Positions 9,073-20,309 are shown, counted from the first letter of the whole stretch. The stretch is DNA of 61,707 nucleotides, filler included, from 3 parts of 3 records of this genome joined end to end with filler, not necessarily neighbours in it, one strand, 5' to 3'. The notes: generated by a model not told the origin, from the letters alone. Numbers and translations: made by a program.

Positions 9073-9738
9073 CTAACATGAATAAAAAACCAAATCCAAA
9101 AAAATGATTCCTCCCCATGCTTCTTCTTCTCCATTCATTTTTACAAACAATCCAATAACAGTAAATCCTAAACAACCCATCATCACAGAAAAGTCTTTAC
9201 CTTTTCGCTTACCTTTTTTTTGGTCTTTATTTTCCTTTTTTCGAATTATGGTAGGAGATATAGTTTGAACAAGGACATAATCAGTCTCCTTAAAAGGCTT
9301 TAAATCGAAACTTATTTCAGAATATTCTATTTTTTTTGTTTTTCCACTAAAATCAAATACATAAGTTTCATTTTTATCTGTTACAAAATTCACATTGTCG
9401 TAGTCCCTATCATCCCTTGAAATATAAACCATTTTCCTGCTTCCTGCGCTTGGTTTATATTTATCAGTCTTAAAATCTAAAGTAGTATAGCCTCTCAAAA
9501 ATGGAGAAAACCTTCTAAATCCCTCTGGATATTTAATATAGTTTACTAAATAACAAAAGATTTCAAAATCCGGTTGATTAGTAAACTTAACGATAAAAGA
9601 ATTAGAGGTTCCTTTGTTTTTATAGAATTGAATTCCTTCAACAAAGACATTGTCTGAATATTTATTCGTAAAATCTACAATAACTTTTAGTAGATCCTTT
9701 TCTATTACATTTTCTACTATTATAAAATTCTCGTCCAT
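9073..9738 (-). CDS. Hypothetical protein with C-terminal membrane segment(s); probably frameshifted near the 3' end
   Basis: 221-aa ORF; adding 1 nt in the A7 run at 9098-9104 extends a hydrophobic helix to a stop at 9005. Confidence 0.6.
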   Translation of the reverse strand: MDENFIIVENVIEKDLLKVIVDFTNKYSDNVFVEGIQFYKNKGTSNSFIVKFTNQPDFEIFCYLVNYIKYPEGFRRFSPFLRGYTTLDFKTDKYKPSAGSRKMVYISRDDRDYDNVNFVTDKNETYVFDFSGKTKKIEYSEISFDLKPFKETDYVLVQTISPTIIRKKENKDQKKGKRKGKDFSVMMGCLGFTVIGLFVKMNGEEEAWGGIIFLDLVFYSC

Positions 9739-9834
9739 AAAAGCCTTTAGGTGTTTCTGTTAAAATCAACAACTCTCTTTTATTATGTAAGATGCAAACA
9801 TACATATTAATTTAGGATCACAGTTATTTTAATA

Positions 9835-9842
9835 TAATTTTG
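9835..9842 (+). promoter_or_regulatory. Bacteroidota-type -7 promoter element (TAATTTTG)
   Basis: TAnnTTTG 80 nt upstream of the 9923 ATG. Confidence 0.35.
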
Positions 9843-9922
9843 TAACAACAAGCAAAAGCACCATGCTTTAGGCACATTTGTCAAGAATAAAACTTACTGA
9901 ATACATTAAATAGTAGATAGAG

Positions 9923-11347
9923 ATGAATCCATATAAACTCGAACTCCTAAAAGAAATGTTTACCCGAAATACGGGAGAAGCTGTTGAAACTACCGATATT
10001 CTTCCACCGTCCGGCTCGTATCGTGAGTACGTTCGTATTACGGCTGGTGATAAAAGCGCTTTGGGGGTTTACAATGCCGATAAAAAAGAAAACGATGCCT
10101 TTATTGGATTCTCCAATCATTTCCACTTGAAAGGATTAAAAGTACCGCAGATATTTGATAACGATATTGAAAACGATATTTACCTGATTGAAGACTTGGG
10201 GAACACTACCCTGTTCGATTACCTGCAGGAAAACAGAAACCACGATGAGTTCTCAGATAACCTGGTTAACATCTATAAAAAAACAATTGAAGAACTGGTA
10301 CTATTTCAACTCAATGGTTCCGAAGGCTTAAACTTTGATTTATGTTATCCGCGCAAGGCTTTCGACCGACAATCGATGCAATGGGATTTGCATTATTTTA
10401 AATACTACTTTTTAAAGCTGGCCCAGGTGCCTTTTGATGAGCAGGCGCTTGAAGAAGATTTTCAAACCCTGATGGATTTTCTGCTCGAAGCCGAACACCA
10501 TTACTTTTTATATCGCGATTTCCAGTCGCGCAATATAATGCTTAAAAACGGCGAGCCTTGGTTTATCGATTATCAAGGTGGTCGAAAAGGCGCACTACAA
10601 TACGATTTAGCTTCGCTCCTGTACGATGGTAAAGCTGATATTCCTGTTGAAATACGCGAGATGCTTTTTGAATACTACATCACGACCCTTAAAAAGTATA
10701 AGCAGGTGGATGAAGTTTCCTTTCAAAACCATTATACCGGCTATGTATATATTCGCATTATGCAGGCGATGGGAGCTTATGGTTTCAGAGGTTTTTACGA
10801 AAAGAAAGAGCACTTTTTAAAGAGTATTCCTTTTGCTTTAAAAAACATCAATTATCTATTGTCGAATCATCCGCTTCCTATTGAAATACCGGAATTGAAC
10901 AAGGTTTTGGCAGCGCTTACTACCAACGAAAAACTCTTAAAAATAAATGCACTTACGGTGACCATCAATAGTTTTTCGTACAAGCGAGGAATCCCTTACG
11001 ATATGAGCGGAAATGGCGGTGGTTTTGTTTTCGATTGCCGCGCTATTCATAATCCGGGAAGATATCCGGAGTACAAAGAAGTAACCGGAAAAGATCAATC
11101 GGTTATCGATTTCTTCGCTAACGAACCTGAGATGGATGCCTTTTTAAGCGATGTATTTTCCATGGTGTCTAAATCCGTAGAAAAATATATTTCGCGCAAC
11201 TTTAAACATTTAATGGTCAATTTTGGTTGTACAGGTGGACAACATCGCTCGGTATACAGTGCAGAAAAACTGGCAGCATTTATTTCAGGTAAATACCCTG
11301 TAACTGTGAAGCTGCGCCATATCGAACAAGAAATAAAAAAAGGTTGA
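9923..11347 (+). CDS. AmgK-like (aminoglycoside phosphotransferase family) sugar kinase fused to a RapZ C-terminal domain
   Basis: SGSYREY, EDLG, YRDFQSRN, IDYQG, YDLASLL kinase motifs; C-terminal SFSYKRGIP..FDCR..NP..GCTGGQHRSV. Confidence 0.85.
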   Translation: MNPYKLELLKEMFTRNTGEAVETTDILPPSGSYREYVRITAGDKSALGVYNADKKENDAFIGFSNHFHLKGLKVPQIFDNDIENDIYLIEDLGNTTLFDYLQENRNHDEFSDNLVNIYKKTIEELVLFQLNGSEGLNFDLCYPRKAFDRQSMQWDLHYFKYYFLKLAQVPFDEQALEEDFQTLMDFLLEAEHHYFLYRDFQSRNIMLKNGEPWFIDYQGGRKGALQYDLASLLYDGKADIPVEIREMLFEYYITTLKKYKQVDEVSFQNHYTGYVYIRIMQAMGAYGFRGFYEKKEHFLKSIPFALKNINYLLSNHPLPIEIPELNKVLAALTTNEKLLKINALTVTINSFSYKRGIPYDMSGNGGGFVFDCRAIHNPGRYPEYKEVTGKDQSVIDFFANEPEMDAFLSDVFSMVSKSVEKYISRNFKHLMVNFGCTGGQHRSVYSAEKLAAFISGKYPVTVKLRHIEQEIKKG

Positions 11348-11354
11348 ATGCGTC

Positions 11355-11492
11355 ATGGGAAGCAAGAAATGCAAGAGTAAAAAGAAAGGTGATTTAGATC
11401 CTATTAAGGAAGAGAAGAAATATACATGTAAGAAGTGTAATAAAACATCTAATAAAGAAGGTAAACTGTGTAAACCTTCTAAAAATAAATAA
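11355..11492 (+). CDS. Small basic Cys4 protein (45 aa), absent from the ORF track
   Basis: Hand translation MGSKKCKSKKKGDLDPIKEEKKYTCKKCNKTSNKEGKLCKPSKNK*; 7 nt after the kinase stop and upstream of the terminator. Confidence 0.7.
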   Translation: MGSKKCKSKKKGDLDPIKEEKKYTCKKCNKTSNKEGKLCKPSKNK

Positions 11493-11514
11493 CTCGAATC
11501 ACTAGAACCAGAAA

Positions 11515-11551
11515 AACCCCGTTAGTCAATAGGCTAACGGGGTTCTTTTTT
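11515..11551 (+). terminator. Intrinsic terminator
   Basis: AACCCCGTTAG...CTAACGGGGTT stem followed by CTTTTTT. Confidence 0.85.
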
Positions 11552-12240
11552 ATGGTAATGCTTGTCTTAATATTTATTTATATATTCTGTTATTTAAATG
11601 TACCTATATCATTTTATATTTGGCTTTTCTTATTATTTATATACTTTCTCTTTTCTTTTTTTACACTTTTCTGTTTTTCATTTGCACCTTACTTATTTTC
11701 TATTGCTTTTTCCTGTTTTATCATATAATGACATTAAATCATTATTAGATATTATTATTTTTAATACTGACTATTAATTAGTAATATATACACGGTTATT
11801 TAAAATATCAGAAGAGTTTTTTATTTATTAATTAAATAATTATATTAATAGATAACTTCTTTATGTTGATACAACATTTATAAATTTATTAAAAGAATCA
11901 TATGAATTTAAATTATATCGCTCTTGTATCAAAAAATGTAAGCTTGCATTCGGAAAACACACAACCTGCCATGAAGAAATATAGTCTCTGTTTATTTTAT
12001 TAGAAAATTCATTAAAAAATCCCTTCCTGTCGATCATTCTTACCTACTCCTCTCTCCTTTTATGCTATCCTTTAAGATTAAAAAGCTAATCATCAGGCTC
12101 AATTATTCAACCTCCGGCACCAAACCTCATATGAAATAGTATAACATATGTAATTATTTCAATATTTACATGTTAATTATCGAAACAATCCGTTTAATTT
12201 TTAGTATAATTGCACCTTGTATTAGCAAAAAAACAAAAAG

Positions 12241-12972
12241 ATGAACGCTTTGATTTATGCAGCCGGTTTGGGTACCCGACTGGCACAAATCACTCAGAAT
12301 AAACCAAAGGCTCTGGTCGAAGTAGCCGGAAAGCCAATGTTGCTGCATGCTATTGAAAAGCTAATTGAAGCAGGTGTTTCCCGTATTGTTGTCAACGTTC
12401 ATCATTTTGCCGATCAAATTACCGACTACCTTGCACAACTTGATTTCCCTCAAGTAGAAATCCTTATTTCTGATGAAAGAAATGAACTCCTAGAAACAGG
12501 TGGTGGTTTATTAAAAGCTGTGCCTTTGTTTATCCCCAATAAACCTATCATACTTTATAACGCCGATGTTTTAACTGGTATTCGTCTTAAAGATATGGTG
12601 AGTTACCATCAGCAAAAAGGTGGTATAGCTACGCTTATGGTAAAGGACCGTCCTACTTCACGTTATTTCTTATTTGATGAAAACATGCGTTTATCAGGCT
12701 GGGAAAACCGAACTAAGGAACAGGAACGCATCACCAGACAAGTTAATCCTTTAACATCCCTTGCTTTTTCGGGTATTCATATTATTGAACCGGAATTAAT
12801 GACTCTTTTAGGAGAAATTCGTAAATTTTCAATTACAAATGGCTACCTTGATATTTCCGACTCAAATGCAATTTATGGCTGGTCAGATTGGAAAGAGTAC
12901 TGGTTTGATATAGGTACTCCGGAAAAATTAGCGATTGCCGAAAACTATCTTCAAAAAACAGACTATAAATAA
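12241..12972 (+). CDS. Nucleotidyltransferase, MurU-like (MurNAc-1-P uridylyltransferase candidate)
   Basis: AAGLGTRL..T..KPKAL, LLETGGGL, NADVL, FSGIH, WFDIGTPE; next to an AmgK-like kinase. Confidence 0.8.
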   Translation: MNALIYAAGLGTRLAQITQNKPKALVEVAGKPMLLHAIEKLIEAGVSRIVVNVHHFADQITDYLAQLDFPQVEILISDERNELLETGGGLLKAVPLFIPNKPIILYNADVLTGIRLKDMVSYHQQKGGIATLMVKDRPTSRYFLFDENMRLSGWENRTKEQERITRQVNPLTSLAFSGIHIIEPELMTLLGEIRKFSITNGYLDISDSNAIYGWSDWKEYWFDIGTPEKLAIAENYLQKTDYK

Positions 12973-12979
12973 TTATAAA

Positions 12980-14350
12980 ATGACAAAGACTGACAATCAG
13001 AAAGATTTAAGTTATTTTCAGCGCTTTTACAAAGGCGTTACCAGCGGCAGTTCGCTGTTAATGTTAGCTACTTTTGCAGCCGTTGTTTGGGCCAATTTAG
13101 ATCATCACTCATTTGAACATGTGTGGCACGATAAATTGACAATTGATGTAAACGCTTTCCATTTAAAAATGAGCTGGCACCATTGGATCAACGATGGTTT
13201 AATGGCCATCTTCTTCTTTGTGGTAGGCCTCGAAATTAAAAGGGAATTTCTAGCCGGAGAGCTAAGTTCTTTTAAACAAGCTTCATTACCGATATTTGCA
13301 GCCATAGGAGGTATGGTAGTGCCAATTATTCTTTTCTTTAGTTTTGGAATAAAAGGTGATGCAAACAGTGGTTGGGGTATTCCAATGGCTACTGACATTG
13401 CTTTTTCACTTGGTATTTTGAGCTTATTGGGAAAGAAAGTGCCATTAAGTTTAAAAGTATTTTTAACTGCCTTGGCCATCGTCGATGACTTGGGTGCTGT
13501 TTTGGTTATCGCTGTATTCTACGGAGGTGAATTACAATGGACTTATTTAATTATTGCGGCCGTTTTACTAGGGATATTAGCTATTGCAAACTTCCGTAAC
13601 GTTCAGGATTTACGCCTATACACTTTCTTAGGTTTTATTATATGGTATTTATTCCTGGAGTCAGGAGTAGAAGGCCCTGGTTCTGGTTTACATGCCACCA
13701 TTGCCGGTGTATTAATTGCCTTTACAATACCTGCCAGGCCAAAGGTTCATGTCGATCGATTTCTTCCTCGTATCAGTGATGGATTAAAGCACTTTGGTAG
13801 CATCCAAAAAAACACACATGATATCGTATTAAGCGATGAACAACTTCATGCTGTTGACGAGATAGAATATGCTGTAAAAAAAGTACGTAGCCCTCTACAA
13901 TATATTGAGCACCAATTTCATGGTTTTATCAGTGTCTTCGTTCTTCCTATTTTTGCTTTAGCAAATGCAGGAGTTGTTTTGACTGCAGGCCCGGAAGGTG
14001 GAGAAGTATTAGGTATGGTATCAATTGCCATTGCCATTAGCCTGGTATTTGGTAAAGTGATTGGAATTACGTTCTTTTCATGGTTAGCTGTCCGTTTGGG
14101 TATATCTATCAAACCCAAAGGCTCATCATGGTTATCTTTTGCTGGCTTAGGTTTATTAGGAGGAATTGGTTTTACCATGTCTATTTTTATTGCCAGTTTG
14201 GCATACACCAATGCTCCTGAAATATTAAATCAGGCTAAAATCGGTATTTTTATAGGTTCTATTGTTGCTGGTCTTGCCGGATTCTTCCTTCTTAAATATT
14301 CATTAAAAAGAGATGAAGAGTTAATGCATAGAGGCGAAAAAGTGAAATAG
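12980..14350 (+). CDS. nhaA: Na+/H+ antiporter NhaA
   Basis: WINDGLMAIFFFVVGLEIKRE, GIPMATDIAF, ALAIVDDLGA, GIGFTMSIFIA; ATG 12980 chosen. Confidence 0.95.
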   Translation: MTKTDNQKDLSYFQRFYKGVTSGSSLLMLATFAAVVWANLDHHSFEHVWHDKLTIDVNAFHLKMSWHHWINDGLMAIFFFVVGLEIKREFLAGELSSFKQASLPIFAAIGGMVVPIILFFSFGIKGDANSGWGIPMATDIAFSLGILSLLGKKVPLSLKVFLTALAIVDDLGAVLVIAVFYGGELQWTYLIIAAVLLGILAIANFRNVQDLRLYTFLGFIIWYLFLESGVEGPGSGLHATIAGVLIAFTIPARPKVHVDRFLPRISDGLKHFGSIQKNTHDIVLSDEQLHAVDEIEYAVKKVRSPLQYIEHQFHGFISVFVLPIFALANAGVVLTAGPEGGEVLGMVSIAIAISLVFGKVIGITFFSWLAVRLGISIKPKGSSWLSFAGLGLLGGIGFTMSIFIASLAYTNAPEILNQAKIGIFIGSIVAGLAGFFLLKYSLKRDEELMHRGEKVK

Positions 14351-14367
14351 TAAAAATATGACAACAC

Positions 14368-14400
14368 AAAAAAAGGTGCCTTAATAAAGCACCTTTTTTT
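14368..14400. terminator. Bidirectional intrinsic terminator
   Basis: AAAAAAAGGTGC...GCACCTTTTTTT between convergent genes. Confidence 0.8.
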
Positions 14401-14417
14401 GTTATTCCATTCTATCA

Positions 14418-14687
14418 TTAGTTATACTCATGAACCTCCTTTTTTCCATCAAGGATTTCTTTAGCATACTCTAATATAGTTGTATCGTCAAGTTCTACAA
14501 TTCCACCATCTGGTCCCGGTTCAATATGAAAACCAACACTTTTACCTCTAATGTAGTTTTTACCGCCAAAATAATTTCGAACTGTTTCTACATTAAGCTC
14601 AAGGTCTTCTGCGATAGTTCTCATGCTGCCGTCTGGCAAACTGTCTTTCAGCTTTCTTAGCTGATTGAATGTGATTGTAGTACTCAT
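14418..14687 (-). CDS. Small conserved Bacteroidota putative DNA-binding protein
   Basis: ITFNQLRKLKDSLPDGSM..IAEDL..VETVRNYFGG (HTH-like) and HIEPGPDGGIV. Confidence 0.7.
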   Translation of the reverse strand: MSTTITFNQLRKLKDSLPDGSMRTIAEDLELNVETVRNYFGGKNYIRGKSVGFHIEPGPDGGIVELDDTTILEYAKEILDGKKEVHEYN

Positions 14688-14814
14688 AAGCCACATATTT
14701 AAAATTTGAAGTGTTTTAAATATAGTTAAATAAATTTAAAATTTAAAATTCATTTAACCTTAAGATTATGATTTTCTAATAGTTATTTGACATGATTTTA
14801 TCTATATACCCAAT

Positions 14815-14844
14815 AAAAAAGACCTTGCTAACAATAACAAGGCC
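14815..14844 (-). terminator. Probable intrinsic terminator of the PAP2 gene
   Basis: Minus strand reads GGCCTTGTTA-loop-TAGCAAGGTC-TTTTTT. Confidence 0.55.
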
Positions 14845-14872
14845 TTCATATTCATAAGTAAAAAACTATGTC

Positions 14873-15565
14873 TTAAGCAAGCGCTTTTCCTGCAAGTAAT
14901 AATATTACTATCGTCAGGATTCCGGTAAATACAATTTGTAATACCTGTGCGCGATTAAACTGTTCTGCTATCCCTCTGCTTAAACCCTTTTTATTAAAAT
15001 AGGTTAAACGAACAAATCTAGGTAAAACCAAAGCATATATTTTATAAACTATAAACGCTAATAAAGCACCTAAAATAAAACCTCCTAGCACATCCCCTGG
15101 ATAATGAACACCCAAATAAACTCGTGAATATCCAACTGCGACTGACCAAAGGATGATAAATACAGAAAATGCTTTATTTCTAAAAAGCAATGAGGTAAAA
15201 ACAGCCAGCCCCATTGTGTTTGCCGCATGCGACGATACAAAGCCAAATTTCCCTCCTGTATAATCTTTAACCGTTTTAATAAAATCCTTTAATTCCGGAT
15301 CGTGAGTTGGCCGTAATCTTTCAAAACCATATTTAAAAACATCGGTAGATATTCTATCACATAAAACAACCAGAACAATCAAGGCCAGTATTGTGATCCA
15401 ACTCTGTAATTTTTGCCCTCTTACAATTGTATAAATCATCATTAAATACAAAGGTATCCATATCTGAATACTTGAGGTTAACCATAAAACAACATCCCAA
15501 AATTCGTTGTGAAAGTAATTAAATAGAAGTAGTAGTTGACTGTCTAATTGTAAAAGTGACTCCAT
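14873..15565 (-). CDS. PAP2-family membrane phosphatase
   Basis: K..FERLRP, FVSSHAAN, SRVYLGVHYPGDV. Confidence 0.92.
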   Translation of the reverse strand: MESLLQLDSQLLLLFNYFHNEFWDVVLWLTSSIQIWIPLYLMMIYTIVRGQKLQSWITILALIVLVVLCDRISTDVFKYGFERLRPTHDPELKDFIKTVKDYTGGKFGFVSSHAANTMGLAVFTSLLFRNKAFSVFIILWSVAVGYSRVYLGVHYPGDVLGGFILGALLAFIVYKIYALVLPRFVRLTYFNKKGLSRGIAEQFNRAQVLQIVFTGILTIVILLLAGKALA

Positions 15566-15652
15566 AAATATGTTTTGAAATATATTCCGTTTAAAAGTAA
15601 AAGTTTTTTAATACTTTAAAAAACTTACTGATAATTTAGCTGAATACTTTTA

Positions 15653-15660
15653 TAGATTTG
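15653..15660 (+). promoter_or_regulatory. Bacteroidota-type -7 promoter element (TAGATTTG)
   Basis: TAnnTTTG 26 nt upstream of the lipid kinase ATG. Confidence 0.45.
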
Positions 15661-15686
15661 TAATAACTCTAATACCATACGCAAGA

Positions 15687-16679
15687 ATGTCAAAAAAGAT
15701 ACTTTTTCTTATAAATCCTATATCGGGAATAGGAAAACAAAAAACAATTGAGCGTTATATCGAAAGCGAATTGGACTTGAAAAAGCTTGATATTAACATT
15801 CAATACACCGAATATAAAGGACATGCCAGAGAGTTAGCAGCAAAATCTATAGGTGTGTATGATGCGGTGGTGGCAGTAGGAGGTGACGGCACGGTAAATG
15901 AAGTAGCTTCCAGGTTAGTTGATACAGACACGGCTCTTGCAATTGTTCCTACCGGTTCGGGAAATGGATTAGCCAGATACCTGAATATCCCCATGCGAAT
16001 CCATAAAGCCATACAAAGTCTCAATTATTTTGTAGAAAAAAGAATTGACACGATGAAGGTGAACCAGTTTTGTTCGGTAAACGTGGCCGGCATTGGTTTC
16101 GATGCACATATCAGCCATAATTTTGAAGGCAAAAAACTGAGAGGCCCTTTGGGTTATTTACAATTAATTACTACTGAATTCGCCAACTATCAATCCGAAA
16201 ACTATCAACTTACCATAGATAATAAAAACTTTAGCAGAAAAGCATTTTTAATCAGCTTTGCCAATTCATCTCAATATGGAAATAATATTCATATTGCGCC
16301 CAATGCTCAAATTGATGATGGATGGATTGATGTAAGCATAATTCATGATTTTCCGAAAATTAATGCGCCAGCTATGGTTTTTAGCTTACTGGACAAATCC
16401 ATTAATAAAAATGACAATGACGAGGTGGTAAGAGCCAAAGAAATACAAATAGAACACCCATCTGAATTAAAAGCACATATTGATGGTGAGCCGGTATTTT
16501 TGGGAACGAAGGCTATTATTAAAATAAAACCTCTATCCTTAAGAGTAATCGTTCCTCCTAAGCATTTAATTGAGAATTCAATTTTAGATCCTATTAAAGA
16601 AATAATTCCAAATCTGGCGGAAAACCTTAATCTTGAAAATATATGGAAACTAAAATTTGCTGAAAGCATAAGAATATAA
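15687..16679 (+). CDS. Diacylglycerol kinase family (YegS/DagK-like) lipid kinase
   Basis: INPISG, GGDGTVNEV, PTGSGNGLAR, AGIGFDA, HIDGE. Confidence 0.9.
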   Translation: MSKKILFLINPISGIGKQKTIERYIESELDLKKLDINIQYTEYKGHARELAAKSIGVYDAVVAVGGDGTVNEVASRLVDTDTALAIVPTGSGNGLARYLNIPMRIHKAIQSLNYFVEKRIDTMKVNQFCSVNVAGIGFDAHISHNFEGKKLRGPLGYLQLITTEFANYQSENYQLTIDNKNFSRKAFLISFANSSQYGNNIHIAPNAQIDDGWIDVSIIHDFPKINAPAMVFSLLDKSINKNDNDEVVRAKEIQIEHPSELKAHIDGEPVFLGTKAIIKIKPLSLRVIVPPKHLIENSILDPIKEIIPNLAENLNLENIWKLKFAESIRI

Positions 16680-16707
16680 GGTCAAGGACTGAACAGAATT
16701 CTTAAAT

Positions 16708-16760
16708 AAAAAAGGTTGAAAGCTAAGGATTTTTAGTAATCCATATCGCTTTCAACCTTT
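16708..16760. terminator. Stem-loop/terminator between the convergent lipid kinase and yidC
   Basis: AAAGGTTGAAAGC/GCTTTCAACCTTT arms with an inner GGATT/AATCC stem. Confidence 0.6.
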
Positions 16761-16782
16761 GAAATATCATTTTAAAGAGAGC

Positions 16783-18660
16783 TTATTTTCTCTTCTTATT
16801 TTTTTGCTGTTGTTGCAATTGTTGTTGCTTAGCCATTTGCTCTATTCGAGCTTGAAAACCAGATTTTTTCTTCGGTTTCTTTTGATTCGCATTTAGCTTG
16901 GCTAAAATAGCTTTTTCATCAATAAAGAACTTTCTAATAGCTACAGTTTGAATAATAGTTATTAATGTTGAAATGAAATAATAATAACTCAAACCGGAAG
17001 CGTAATTATTAAAGAAAACCAAGAACATAACAGGCATCAAATACATCATTCCTTTCATACCAGGCATTTGATTGGTTGACTGCGTCATCTCCTGGTTCAT
17101 TCTGGTATAAATCAGGTTAGTTGCACCCATTAATAAAGTAAATAAACTGATATGATTACCGTAGTATTTACTTAAGATAGGAATATTAGTTGTCCATGTT
17201 ACAATCGCATCATAGCTAGATAAGTCGGTTGCCCACAAAAAGCTTTCATGACGGAGCTCAATTGAAGCAGGAAAAAAGCGGAACATAGCGAACAGAATTG
17301 GCATCTGTAATAGCATTGGCAAACACCCTCCTAAAGGACTCACTCCTGCTTTCTGATACAAGGCCATGGTGGCTTTTTGACGCTCCATTGCCTTTTCCTT
17401 AGGTATACGTTCGTTAATCTCTTCAATTTGAGGTTTCAGAACTTTCATTTTTGCCGTTGACAAATATGACTTATAAGTTAGTGGGAACAATACTAATTTA
17501 ATAATCAGCGTCAATAGTAAAATGATAATACCATAACTTGCTATTCCTCCTTCTAACCAGTTAAAAATCGGAATAACAGCTATTTTATTAATCCATCCAA
17601 AAATTCCCCAACCTAATGGAATAATTTCCTTAAGATTAAGATCTTTAAACTTCTTTAAAATCTTATACTTGTTTGGACCAAAGTAAAACTGAAAAGATTT
17701 TACACTTTGCTTACCTCCATCATCTGGAATAACCAAAGATGCTGTATTCGTACTTAACAAAGGAGAATTATCTTCTGCAGGATATACATTGGCATCGACT
17801 TTACCTCCTGCGAATTTATCCTTTGCAATAAGTATAGATGAAAAGAATTGATCTTTATAAGCTAACCATTTAACAGGCGTTCTAAAATCCTCTGAACCTG
17901 ATTTACCAGAAATATCATCTACTTCATCCTGGTCATACTTAAAGTAAACACCTGAATACTGAATCTCGAACTTACGTCCTTTTTCCTGAGCAACTACATC
18001 CAATTTCCAATCTAAATCAAAGCCACCTCTGTTTGATTGAATGATGTCATTAATATTGTTTTGTACAATATTATAGTCTAAAGTATAAGCATCTGCTGGC
18101 AAGTAATAATCAAATGCCATGAATTGCTCATCTCCAAGTACTATCTGAAATCTTAAGATAGAGTCATTACTAGCTGTTTCATCTACCTCGAAAAATAAAT
18201 TATTGGTATTTAAAATACGGTTGTTATGAAAGAAATTAAAACCAAAAACATTCGTATCACCATCAAATAATACTAGAGGCTCCTCTTTATAATTGGTATA
18301 ATTTTTTACTTCAACAGAGTAAACTTTAGCACCTTTACTTGCAAGCTTAACCTTGATTAAATCATTTTCAAGGGTATAAAATTTATTTTCGCCTTCAACC
18401 GCACCTGCAAATAAACCATACTTATCTTCATTTTGCTTTTGTATGATACTATCAGGTATACTTGCTTGTTTTTCTTCCTGTAAAGCTTTTGCTGCATCTC
18501 TGGCTGCTGCTTCCTGGGCTTGAGCCATTTCAACTTTAGCCAAAGAGTCCTGCATTCTTTTTTGTGCCTCTAATTCTTCGGCACTTGGTTTGGAAAACCA
18601 TACAAACACCCCAATAATCAGGGCGATTAGGACCATACCAGTAACGGAATTTTTATCCAT
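16783..18660 (-). CDS. yidC: Membrane protein insertase YidC
   Basis: N-terminal TM, large periplasmic domain, FGP, GGCLPMLLQMP, FLWATDLS. Confidence 0.95.
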   Translation of the reverse strand: MDKNSVTGMVLIALIIGVFVWFSKPSAEELEAQKRMQDSLAKVEMAQAQEAAARDAAKALQEEKQASIPDSIIQKQNEDKYGLFAGAVEGENKFYTLENDLIKVKLASKGAKVYSVEVKNYTNYKEEPLVLFDGDTNVFGFNFFHNNRILNTNNLFFEVDETASNDSILRFQIVLGDEQFMAFDYYLPADAYTLDYNIVQNNINDIIQSNRGGFDLDWKLDVVAQEKGRKFEIQYSGVYFKYDQDEVDDISGKSGSEDFRTPVKWLAYKDQFFSSILIAKDKFAGGKVDANVYPAEDNSPLLSTNTASLVIPDDGGKQSVKSFQFYFGPNKYKILKKFKDLNLKEIIPLGWGIFGWINKIAVIPIFNWLEGGIASYGIIILLLTLIIKLVLFPLTYKSYLSTAKMKVLKPQIEEINERIPKEKAMERQKATMALYQKAGVSPLGGCLPMLLQMPILFAMFRFFPASIELRHESFLWATDLSSYDAIVTWTTNIPILSKYYGNHISLFTLLMGATNLIYTRMNQEMTQSTNQMPGMKGMMYLMPVMFLVFFNNYASGLSYYYFISTLITIIQTVAIRKFFIDEKAILAKLNANQKKPKKKSGFQARIEQMAKQQQLQQQQKNKKRK

Positions 18661-18695
18661 TTTAAAATATTGTTTCTATGTTTATGTTTGCTTAA

Positions 18696-20309
<1,614 letters not shown>

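Noticed and set aside
11552-12240. Replication origin in the AT-rich gap
   Set aside because: No DnaA-box cluster visible and no dnaA/gidA-type neighbours
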